NCBI RefSeq assembly: GCF_006345805.1
Contig: NC_043008.1
Coordinates: 75,702,001 to 75,766,000, forward strand
DNA from: Octopus sinensis
Taxonomy: Eukaryota
Direction: 5' to 3'
DNA: 64,000 nucleotides
The notes beneath the pieces are model-generated. The model made no database searches and was not told the origin of the DNA. It saw nothing but the letters and a program-made list of their open reading frames with translations. A program made the position numbers and the translations under genes. Shown piece by piece: positions 53,421 through 64,000 of this stretch; position 1 is the first letter of the stretch; each line of letters opens with the position of its first letter.

Positions 53421-56241
53421 AATCCAGTGCAATTGCTGAGCTCACAAAATAAAGCGTTTGCTAATTATTTCCCCAAATCTTAACATCGTTTCAATTTTAT
53501 CACAAATCTAAATGTACCGCTTTGAAACTCTGCACACAATTCTCGCCGACATTAATTAGAAATACATTATATCCTTATTTAATTTAACCTGATTCAATTT
53601 AATCCCTAGTGCACCACCGTGTCCCCTGTCTTTTACTATGATTATAATTCTACATTATTTTCTAAAATCCTTATTTACTTTTCCTCTTCTAAACTCACAT
53701 TCCATAATTTTTCAGTTCACACCACATTCCCCTCGTAATTCCGTTACGATTTAACTTAATATTATTGTCTAGCAACCACATACTATATTCTAACAACAAC
53801 TTACTTATATTTGCAGCTAATGTACAATTTTTGAGATCCTTTTGTTTACTCCTATGCTACTCCATGCCCATTTTTAACCATATATATACTTTTCATTGAA
53901 GTTACGATTTGAAATATTAATCGCTTACAATTACAATAAATTCTTTATTCTGGGAGCTATTAACTAACGCATACATGTAAAGCATTGTTTCTGCACTTAT
54001 TATGCCTCATATAGCTTATAAAATTATAAAATTGAGTCCCACCTCTCAATCGTCTTGCTTTTCCCCTTCTCTACATGATAACCATTTCCTTCCCACATAA
54101 ATTGCATTGACCACTATACCACACAGCGAGAAGCTAATAGGTACATTTTATCTGTTACGGCATCCCTCATCCTAAAGTTTAAACTCCTCTCTTCACATAA
54201 TATCCCACTTCCTGGTTTCTAGTCTTGTTACCTGATAATTCTAATTAACTTGTCGCGTATGCTACTGCCATTCTACACATTTTCTTCTTTACCCCATACC
54301 ACTTATCACACCAACTTCCTATCCTTGTTGTCATAGGCCATTTCTTTCTATATATCTCCCTCTAAATCTTGAACTTAATATATCTATACCTTGTCATATT
54401 TATTAGTTTCTATCTATCTTCACATTTTGAAATTATTTTCTCAGTCGTTCTTTTAATCTCACTTCTACTAGTATATCATTATTTCTTACTGGGAGTTTTT
54501 CATTCTTCCCCCGATAACGGAATTGCAGCTATAAAGCTGTTGCGTATCATTTACAAGGAAATGCACAACTTGCGCCTCTTTACTGGAAACACCTTCTTTC
54601 TTCTCCCTTTGGATTGTGCCTAGGAGGATCTACTTTAACTAATACTAATAATTCGAACTTAACGTATAAGTAAGTGTTACGGAAGAATAATAGCATATAT
54701 AACTAGTATGAACATCCCACAACTTATCTTTTATCGCCCTTTTATGATCTAAACTTCTGTAACAATCCTACCCTTAAGTTTAAATATGCAAATATAAAAA
54801 TATAACTCAATGTTTCGCTATACATATACATACCTGCCCGAGTGAAACAATGCCTCCATCCAATCTTTATTAGGTATCTATAACATTCCTGATTTTTTTT
54901 ATTTGCAGCTCTATTTGGAGTTGAAACAGTAAGTACTAAGTGTATTATCCTATGCCATCATAAGTAATATTTTATGAATGCTATGAATGTGTGCATTTAT
55001 GCATGTGTGTGTATGTGTAACATGTCTATTTCAAAAATACATGACATAGTTGTGTAGTAAACACAAAAAAGTGATTCCCCTATATTGTCAAAATTTAATT
55101 GGTACAGAAATACTTGAAAATGAGTGGCATTTTCCACATGAACGGACAGAAGTAGCTACGTGTATGACAATATTTCTTCTAGATAATTGACGTCGTTAAG
55201 AAATAAAATGTAGTTGGGGGCTGGGAATATTCGAAGAATTTTCTAAGAACAAAACTGTATTAACGAACATATTAACTCCTCTTTTCTTCGGCAAATTATC
55301 TTTTGATCCAATGCTCTACAATCATCAACTCTTCCCCACTCATTCAGAAACTCATCTCCCCCTTTTCCGTGCCCAACCACATTGACGACACTCCGTATTT
55401 TTCTACAATCTACCTTAAAAAAATTAAAAGCGCAATATTGGCAACTAGCCAGATACAAACTAACCATTTCTATCTGCCTCGGAAGAACCATTGCACCCAC
55501 ATTGGCCTAATTACATCAAAATTAGTTGCCTCCTTTCCTCCATCCCTGTTTACCAATGAAGCAATCCACTAGTTTAAAGAATATTTCCCCCAAGTATTTC
55601 ATTCTACCAAACTTCTGGTCTCTACTAACCCTATATGTCCCCTGTGCAACTACAACTCTGACTACATATTAATGACGTTTTAAAACTTAAACAGTTTCTC
55701 GACAGCTGCAATATTTTTGGAGCCCAGATTTTTTTAGGCTCCCTCGAATAAGAAAAATTCGTTTCTATATTACCTATCTTACCCTTTAACTTATCAAATC
55801 CTTTTGTATCTCCTTTCACTCTACTTTAGATTTCACATATTTTTATCACTTCTCTGATAATCCTTAACATCTGTTTCTATTCTTCAACCCAACCTCATCT
55901 ACGAAACCACTGTCCATGAAAGAACTCGTTTTCAACTGATACAAGGCTAACATTTACATGATCATGTCTTTAAAATAAATCTGAATTAGTGCTGGACCAC
56001 TCAGTTCTAAATAAGCGTTTGCTTATTTGGACTACAATACATTATTTCTTGAAAAATATAGAATATTTTCTTTTTATCTGTTCTTTCTGTTTTGGGTTTT
56101 TGGCCTTGTTAAAGACAGATTATATAAACATTGGCTTGTGCGTAATGTACACAATCTTGTTTTTTTAGGTATTTACGATGCTTTTAGAAAATTAAATTAT
56201 ATTTACAGGGAAGAACGTGTAATTATCTATTCTTATAAGGG

Positions 56242-56274
<33 letters not shown>

Positions 56275-56854
56275 ATATTCACCACAAACTACAGTCTACT
56301 GAATTTTATATTATATGATATTAATTTATCTCGTAGAACATTCGAAAATGGAGGTATTTTGAAAGAAGGTACAACAAAGAAGTAATATTTCAATGTATTT
56401 CTCACGTTATTTCACAGGGAAAAAATCTCATTCACGTTGTTTATACATTTGTGAGTAATTTAGAGATAAGTTTGATATTCTGTCTGAAGTCTATTGAAAT
56501 GTGATTATACGTGGTAATCTCATAGTTGACAACAACCAGAAAAAATTTTAATCAATTACATCATTTAAATATTATTTATAATATTAATATTTATAATATT
56601 TTCCAACTACAAATAAATGAAAATATTCTCATTTATTTCTTCAGTAGAATTACTATCAAGGTGTATCTAGAGGCTGCGATAATTTTATATTAATAAAACC
56701 ACAAAGAATTCAAAAGGAAACTTTGTATACAAATAGTGGGTCCCTTTTTTTTTTGATGCAAGCTTAACTTTGAATTTAACGTGTAGTAGGAACATAATTT
56801 AAACTATAATATAAAAGGTGAATATAAATCTTTAACCAATTCTTTTATTCATTT

Positions 56855-57231
56855 TATTCTTTTACTTGTTTCAGTCATTTGATTGTGGCCAGGCCATGCT
56901 GGAGCACCGCCCTTAGACGAACAAACTGACCCCAGAAATTATTCTTTCTAAGCCTAGTACTTATTCTGTCGGTCTCTTTTGCCGACCCGCTATTTACGGG
57001 GACATAAACACATCAACATCGGTTGTCAAGCGATGCTGGGGGAACAAAAGCAGACACACACATACATATACATATATACGACGGGATTCTTTCAGTTTCC
57101 GTATACCAAATCCACTCACAATGCTTTGGTCGAAGGTATAGTAGAAGACACTCGCCCAAGGTGCCACGCAGTGGGATTGAACCCGGAATGATGTGGTTGG
57201 GAAATAAGCTTTTTACGTAGCAGCCACGCCT
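56855..57231 (-). mobile_element. SINE family A, near full length
   Basis: Aligns by eye to 40905-41322 over its whole length. Confidence 0.9.
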
Positions 57232-57289
57232 GTTTTTATTTTATTTAAGTATTTAATAATCCACTTGTTGATTACCCACTCCCAGATAA

Positions 57290-58285
57290 AGTCCGCGATG
57301 GGAGCCTGGAAATTATGTAAGGAATCTGTCGATCCTAAGCTTGCTGAACAACAATGTGAGTTCCGTCATGGACGCAGTACAAGCGATCAGATACTCCTTT
57401 TATGGCAAGTTTTCGAGGAATTGAGATAATATTGCCAAGAGACGCACACCTGCATTGTAAACACATTGTCACGTGCTAGGGGATATTCTGTGCAGAGATT
57501 TAGTGGAGTTTGAGATTAAGGGAACATTTCTGGTCACCGTGAAGTCCTATACGAATGACAAGATTCTTGTGTTCGAATAAACTATGCTAAGTCAAAGCAT
57601 ACAAGCGTGGATGTTGGGCTTCGGAAATTGCGCGTGTCATAACCTCTCCTTTGCAAATCAGTTATGAATTAGATTGACATGCCCATCTGTGGAAGGAATA
57701 TTACAATCAACAGGTGTAGAATTGACCAGTTGATGTTTGCATACTATGTTGTCCTACTTTCCTTAGGAGAAAATGATCTCCAACATAGACTGAATGGCGT
57801 CGCTTCAGAGGTTGAGAGTATGTGTTGTAAATGCCAAGATTTTGGACCTCTCAAGAAATTCATTCCCGTTCACTCTGCATATTAGTAGACTATCAATCTG
57901 GCAAGTGGAGACGTTTAAGTATCTCGCGTCTGTATTCACGATACCAGGAAGCTGCGGTTTTTGATTCTCAGAAGAGGGGAGATCTGGAAGAAAACCAAAC
58001 TTGTTATCTTTAAATTATCTGTGGTGCCTATCCTCACAAAGGGTCATGAATGTTGAGTTATGATCGAAACAATCAGGTATCTCTCCTAAAGACGTATTCT
58101 TCAAGCAGACCAAACAGGCAAGAGGCCAGAAGGTAGACCGACAAAGAAAGGGCAAGATAATATCCATAGACTCTTGGAAATCCAGGAGAAAAGTATAATG
58201 ACGGTTGCTTTTGATGAGACCCTATGACGGAGGTGCTTGAAAACAGTTATCCCGGGAATAGTGGGTGGAGAAAATGGATGAAAGA
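57290..58285 (+). mobile_element. RTE-clade LINE RT fragment, decayed
   Basis: EQQCEFRHGRSTSDQI, QLMFAYYVVLLS..DLQH (FADD-like), TFKYL, GKRPEGRP near the 3' end. Confidence 0.8.
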
Positions 58286-59078
58286 TTACAAGAGTGTAAT
58301 ATATCGTGTTGATAAAGCTCCAACATAATTCTATTAAAAATGCATGCAGAAATACACATAATCATATATATATTTATATTTGTAGGTACACTAACACTCA
58401 AATATACATACACACACGTATATATGTATGTAAAATAATGTGTGTGTGTGTGTGTGTGTGCATAAAAAGTGAAATAGCAGTTATTGGTATAGCAATGTTT
58501 TTAATTTCAACAATTTTAGTGAGTCACGTAGGTCACGTAAGTTAGCAAGCAAGGAATAAAGTAGCGACTCTATATAATAAATCGTATAATATCTATTGCA
58601 TAATGAAATGCCCATACTCGTCTATCCATAGCAGATGAGCAGATACAGGTACAATTTGGATGAATTCACTTACCTACGCACACACATACGTATATGTATA
58701 TCCATACATACGGTTTGGTTGGAGTTGATTGATTTAATGAAGGAAGGGGGAGTTTCGGTAGGAGACGCAAATAAATTAGTAAAATGACCACATGTATCTT
58801 TTGGAATGAACAGTTTACACGTCATATTCATTAATCAGTCAGGATATTCAGATATATTTCTGTGTTGAATGTAAAACACTGGTCAGTGAGTGTGATAGTA
58901 AAACACTGCTAAATGAGTCATGAATTAAGTAGCAAACTTTAGCTATGGATCACTTCAAGGTAGTTCTCAACTGTCAGAAGCAGAATAAGGAATTATAGAA
59001 GTGAAGGAAGCTGGAGACGAGATGAAAAATGATAAGAGACAAAAAGCAAATGGTGAGAGATGTTGTCTCATAAATTAT

Positions 59079-59186
<108 letters not shown>

Positions 59187-59240
59187 CGTTTATATATTTG
59201 TTGTGCAAGATATTTTATGTGAAGTCGTGTGTTGAAACAG

Positions 59241-60076
59241 ATATTGTTATACTTCGGAATGGTCATTTTGCCAGTTTAGCCAATAAAATCACACGCACTA
59301 TATATTTGGTGTTACTTTGCTTCAGTGTTAAAATATCGTCCACACATAGAACAGATGCAACAATCAGACAAATTACAGAAGCTACACACATAATAGAAAA
59401 TAAACCTAGCTTGAATAGGAAACTAGTATGGAACACTAGCACACACCACAACATATGACAGTAGAGGATCCCAATAAACTGGTTACAATATAAACAAAAC
59501 CGAAAACAATAAATAAAATACACAGATAAATAAACATATAGAAATAAATAACTGTATAAGTTTTTTTTTTTTTGTTTAATTTAAAAGTTTTTTATTTATT
59601 TATTATTATTATTACTAGTATTGTTGTTATGCATATATACATACATACAAGCATATGTAATGATAATAATAAGTGGATGTAAACACATAAACAAAATAAG
59701 AATAAACAAAAACAACAACAACAAAAACAAATTAAATGAACGTATATAAACAGAAGATAGAAATATTACAGGCATTTCCCCACACACACACTAAATAAAC
59801 ATAGACGCAAATAGAGATATAAGCATGCGCAAATGAAGACATACAATAGAAATACAAAATGTCTGACGGTTAGTAAGGAGAGACACAAATAAGAAAGAAG
59901 AAAACAAAGTACCACTGATGCGGTCACAGGAGTGTGACGAAAGAACTCTGGCCGGAATAAGATTAAGATTAACGTAAAAAAATAAATAACACTGAAGCAA
60001 AGTAACACCAAATATATGGTGCGTGTGTTTTTATTGGCTAAACTGGCAAAATGACCATTCTGAAATATAACAATAT
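59241..60076 (+). mobile_element. Severely 5'-truncated PLE (GIY-YIG tail plus 3' region) bounded by 90-bp inverted repeats (59241-59330 and 59987-60076)
   Basis: ATIRQITEATHIIENKPSLNR at ~59355-59420; the arms are near-identical reverse complements. Confidence 0.7.
59912..59951 (+). ncRNA. Hammerhead-like motif, altered core
   Basis: CCA-CUGAUGCG-GUCAC-AGGAGU-GUGAC-GAAA-GAAC-UC-UGG; 5-bp stem II and 3-bp stem I. Confidence 0.45.
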
Positions 60077-60119
60077 ATATATATATATACGAGAAAAAAG
60101 CAACAAGAATGGATTAGTT

Positions 60120-60210
60120 TTTTAGTACAATTGTTTCATACAAAGACAGGGTTTATTAAAAGCTGAAAATATTGCAGCAAATACAAGTGTCCCGTACTCA
60201 TCAGCTAAAA
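60120..60210 (-). ncRNA. Type I hammerhead ribozyme, intact core, predicted GUA cleavage between 60126 and 60125
   Basis: UUUUAG-CUGAUGA-GUACGGGACA..UGUCUUUGUAU-GAAA-CAAUUG-UA-CUAAAA; 6-bp stem I, 60-nt stem II domain, palindromic ACAAUUGU stem III. Confidence 0.85.
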
Positions 60211-60465
60211 CATCCTAGTGGTTGAGGCTACACTCATGAAGTATCGGAGATAATTCTATAAAAAGCAAATTCAGGTTGTAAGCGGACTTCCAAAGTTCTT
60301 TAATGATGATGCACAGTCTTATCACAGGTTTTAAAAAAGCTTATTAGCTTCACAGAGAAGGTGAATCAATCCATAATGTAGGTGCAAATTTCCAGAGATA
60401 TGAGGAGATATTTCATACTCACAGACGATGAATCTATCCATCATTAATCCACAATGAGGTGGGTC

Positions 60466-61431
60466 CACTTTATATGTCCACTTTAATAGCTAAGATTAAT
60501 AATAATAACATTAAGCTAGCCAGGAAAGATAAAAGTAATACCAACATGAATACCAATAACAATTGTAATAATACTATCAAAAATAAAAGCAATAAACGCA
60601 ACAATAGTAACTATCAAAACATAGGTAGAATCAGTAACCACGGAATAATTAATAATAATATTAATATTAATAGGAGTAATAATGTTAATAATAGGAGTAA
60701 GGCTAATAGAGAAAATACAGGGAATGAAAACATCATTGATATCTATAACAACAATATACATTCGGATACAAATACTAGCAATAATAGTAACAATACCAAT
60801 ACTGTAAGTAATTCTGGTAGTACTTTAGATCTAAAGGATAGCGTAAAAGGATCGATAAATGATAACACTGCTTTAGATAACAGCATTAACTATAATAATA
60901 ATAATAATAATAATAATAACGGTAAATATACTCATGATAATCAGAATAGCAAGAACATGAGACATCTATCCATAAATGATCCAACATCTGAAGATGAACC
61001 CCCCTACGTGTAATTGTAGAATTAGGTCAAAATGCCCGGCACCTGGTCTATGCGGGGTAAGTAACGTAATCTATAAATGTTCCATAACTACTGAGAATAA
61101 TAAATTTGTTTATATAGGTTGTACTGTAAGTTCTAAGAAAAGAATTAGCAATCATATCTCATCTTTTAAGTTACGCCATAAAGCTGGTACCACAACACTT
61201 TTAAGTAAGATCTGGGAACTCAAAAATAATAATATTAAATATAACCTTAATTGGGAAATAGTTAGAAGAGCAATGCCTTATAAAAATAACAGGGTTGGTT
61301 GCCAACTCTGCTCCATGGAGACGTATGAAATTCTAATGCATAGAAAAAATAGGAATTTGTTAAATAACCATAAAGAACTGAGTCAATCTTGTATTCACGC
61401 GAAAATGAAGACTCTACAATATTTTAAATAA
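60466..61431 (+). mobile_element. PLE 3' coding fragment: ~170 aa Asn-rich linker plus GIY-YIG endonuclease, interrupted by one +1 frameshift
   Basis: ORFs 60459-61013 and 60976-61431 join if one C is removed from the C6 run at 60999-61004; CNCR..CP..GLC..NVIYKC..YIGCT..KKRISNH..IWELK..W..CQLC..E..LLN motifs. Confidence 0.9.
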
Positions 61432-62184
61432 ATAACCGTATAGAATAATCGTAAGGAGATAGATCTATCTTGTTTTTACTAGTAAAGCAAAACTTTAATA
61501 TATTTTTTAAATAGATAACTGCGAGCTCTTACACTATGGTTATCTCTTTCTTTCTAACTGCACCTGATTTTGAACATAAAGAAACGAATAGTATTTGTAC
61601 GTTGCTTAAATAAAGTTTTAATTGACTTTATAGTTAATTTTAATTTAATCTAATTTTAATCTAATTTCGGTAACACAACTTAAATAAAATAAGTTACTAA
61701 TGCTTCATAATTCTATTATAAAGTTAAATAAGTAATGCTACTCCCTTAAAAGTAGTATAAGAAATTTCAATATGATAAGCAATTCTCTCACACCTTGTAA
61801 ATGACCTCTAAGTATAGACCTACAGTCTGTTAATGTATAGACAGTAACAACAATATAAACAGTAACAATAATAAATAAATTAATTAAATGACCTCCTTCT
61901 AGTATTGCACTTATTTCTCTTAATGTATTTCCCTCTAATGATAGCCTTTGACCCCTCTATCCCTTCCCTTGTTCTCTTTAGATTCTCATATCTGCTTTAG
62001 CTCCGTCGGATTGGCAATTAGTAGCTGTATACTGGTCAAAAATAATGTTCTCATTTATAATTCTTAGATTCCTGCAAATTCTAAGCAAGTCTGCCTGTCT
62101 CCACAGAAAGAGACTTTTCTGTGTAGGTGGATACCTGCGACCTCTTCCCTCTCAGTTATCCCAGTATACTCTATGTGGGCGTTT

Positions 62185-62340
62185 TTTTCTTTTTTTTTTC
62201 TTCTTCTTCTTTTTCTTTTTCTTTCTTTCTTTTCTTTTTTTCTTCTTCTTCTTTTTCTTTTTCTTTCTTTCTTTTCTTTTTTTCTTCTTCTTCTTTTTCT
62301 TTTTCTTTCTTTCTTTTCTTTCTTTCTTCTTTTCTTTTCT
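62185..62340. repeat. Pyrimidine-only tandem repeat, ~40 bp unit, 3-4 copies
   Basis: TTTTTTCTTCTTCTTCTTTTTCTTTTTCTTTCTTTTC repeated. Confidence 0.9.
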
Positions 62341-62498
62341 TTGCTCCACAAAATTCCTTCGGCCTTTAGAAATTCTAACATAGCAGTTTTGTGGTGTGAC
62401 AAGTATCTTATCATATAGCATGAAATTATACCCACCTCATTGTGGATTAATCATGGATAGATTCATCGTCTGTGAGTATGAAATATCTCCTCATATCT

Positions 62499-62583
62499 CT
62501 GATGAGTACGGGACACTTGCATTTGCTGCAATATTTGCAGCTTTTAATAAACCCTGTCTTTGTATGAAACAATTGTACTAAAA
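62499..62583 (+). ncRNA. Second copy of the 60120-60210 hammerhead with intact core but no stem I 5' strand
   Basis: CTGATGAGTACGGGACAC..TTTGTATGAAACAATTGTACTAAAA; upstream sequence is CATATCT instead of TTTTAG. Confidence 0.8.
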
Positions 62584-62727
62584 AACTAATCCATTCTTGT
62601 TGCTTTTTCTCGTTTATAATCACCCCACATTATTGTATGGTTAATACCATATAGTTTTCTGGTGCATCTAAGTTAAGTACCGCATTCAAGTGAATTCATT
62701 AGAACTGACTTGAATCTTAATTGCTTT

Positions 62728-62761
<34 letters not shown>

Positions 62762-62765
<4 letters not shown>

Positions 62766-63153
62766 ATAATATTAAGGAATGGCGTTAATAGGCCATTCAA
62801 CTCACTAAAACGAGCAGCTAAACTCAAACCGCTAAATAGTAGTAATTCAGAAATCAAATTTAGAGTATATATTCCCAAGGCATCGATGCTGTTGCCTCGT
62901 GGAATATTTATTCCTCCTGGCTTCTTTGCCGATGAGATGGGCCAGTGGTCAATTGACTTGATTAAATTTAATTTATTTTAATTAGGTTGGTTTGCTAAAG
63001 TACGTCGAAACTATGCATAGTCCAAAGATGATTAGGGTAAATATTTTTAATTTTCCTTTGATTTCTGAATTACTACTATTTAGCGGTTTGAGTTTAGCTG
63101 CTCGCTTTAGTGAGTTGAATGGCCTATTAAGGCCATTCCTTAATATTATTGTT
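62762..63153. repeat. 97-bp inverted repeats (62762-62858 and 63057-63153) with a ~200 bp spacer, abutting (TA)n
   Basis: The arms differ at two positions by eye. Confidence 0.95.
62923..63028 (+). ncRNA. Type I hammerhead ribozyme variant (U4C), predicted GUC cleavage after 63022
   Basis: UCUUUG-CCGAUGA-GAUG..CGUC-GAAA-CUAUGCAUAG-UC-CAAAGA; 6-bp stem I, 71-nt stem II domain, 12-nt palindrome ACUAUGCAUAGU. Confidence 0.75.
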
Positions 63154-63256
63154 GAATGTACATTATATAGTCTGTTGACTATTTTTTCTTTCTCACTAGA
63201 CCGCTGGTGGCGAAAAAATTTCTATTGATTTTTTTGCTACCCTTATATTGATTAAT

Positions 63257-63300
<44 letters not shown>

Positions 63301-63554
63301 TGTATATATATATGTGTGTGTGTGTGCGTTATTGTTATAGTGCATGTTTGGATGACCTCTACTCAACTCCCGACTTCTAGACTTCTCCCTCTATATCTAC
63401 GTATTCGGCTAGTCTACTTCATCGTCTGGGGCCGTCCACACAACAGTTATATTTGAGGAAAGCAGAAAAGGCAGATAAAAATGATGAATAACAATTGATT
63501 TTCATCATTATCTTCTATTAATTAATACCAAAAAGACAAAATCTCAACCCACAG

Positions 63555-63784
63555 CTGTTTCCGTTAGCGTGATTCCCAAGCTTAATCACCACAATAATAA
63601 TGATAATTATTATTATTGTAAGTAATTAATTAGACCAATTTGAATCACGGACTTCGTGTGATGAAGTTCCTTGATTCACATTGGTATAATTAATTACAGC
63701 GATAACTACTATTGCTTTTGTTTTTGTTGTTCTTGTGGTTATTATTGTGGTGGTTAAGCCTGGGAATCACGCTAACAGAAACAG
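63555..63784. repeat. ~230 bp imperfect fold-back (MITE-like)
   Basis: Outer arms CTGTTTC.GTTAGCGTGATTCCCA.GCTTAA.CACCACAATAATAA and its reverse complement; inner arms GTAATTAATTA.ACCAAT/ATTGGT.TAATTAATTAC and TGAATCA/TGATTCA. Confidence 0.85.
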
Positions 63785-64000
63785 TGATGGTGTTACTAAA
63801 GGCATTGTTAAGTTTAATATTGTTTATTCGGTGCATCTGTTGCCCCATGGGTATGTGCTCATGAATAAAATTATCAATGAGCGTCTGTCTGTCTTTGCAT
63901 TGATTCTTTATGCGACTACTTGTCTATGCGACTGTCTAACCGATAAAATCTCTCAATACAGCAGAACTTAAATGTAAATCCCGCACCTTAAAACCATATT

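Noticed and set aside
53450-55960. Very old PLE/L1 RT remnants
   Set aside because: Only isolated motif-like fragments; not enough to support a feature call
31717-57231. tRNA genes
   Set aside because: The A/B-box-like heads belong to SINEs; no complete cloverleaf was found
60205-60395. Spliceosomal intron explaining the 191-bp difference between the inverted copies
   Set aside because: It ends in AG on either strand, but no register gives a GT or GC donor
61555-61595. Possible HHR just after the GIY-YIG stop (CTGATTTTG..GAAACG)
   Set aside because: G8 and A9 are absent and the stems do not pair

Overview
AT-rich, microsatellite-dense eukaryotic DNA that looks intronic or intergenic. It is probably from an octopus; this is an inference from the two dominant tRNA-derived SINE families, not a database match. 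I could not assign any host protein-coding gene; there is one weak candidate exon. Most ORFs in the supplied track are translated (TA)n, (CA)n, (TAA)n or similar repeats. The recognisable content is a graveyard of mobile elements: Penelope-like elements (PLEs; RT plus GIY-YIG), R4/Dong-type RLE LINEs, CR1/L2, RTE and L1/Tx1 LINE pieces, mariner (DD34D) and maT (DD37D) transposases, a Chapaev-like transposase, a Helitron-like tandem array and SINEs. The most interesting signal is a dense set of type I hammerhead-ribozyme (HHR) motifs, more than ten recognisable by eye. They include one fully intact (60120-60210, minus strand) and one with a single U4C core change (62923-63028). Most have self-complementary stem III sequences and several have unusually long stem II domains. 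They sit in PLE 3' regions and in fold-back or inverted-repeat structures next to (TA)n tracts. All structures were read by eye. Element boundaries are approximate unless an exact motif is quoted.
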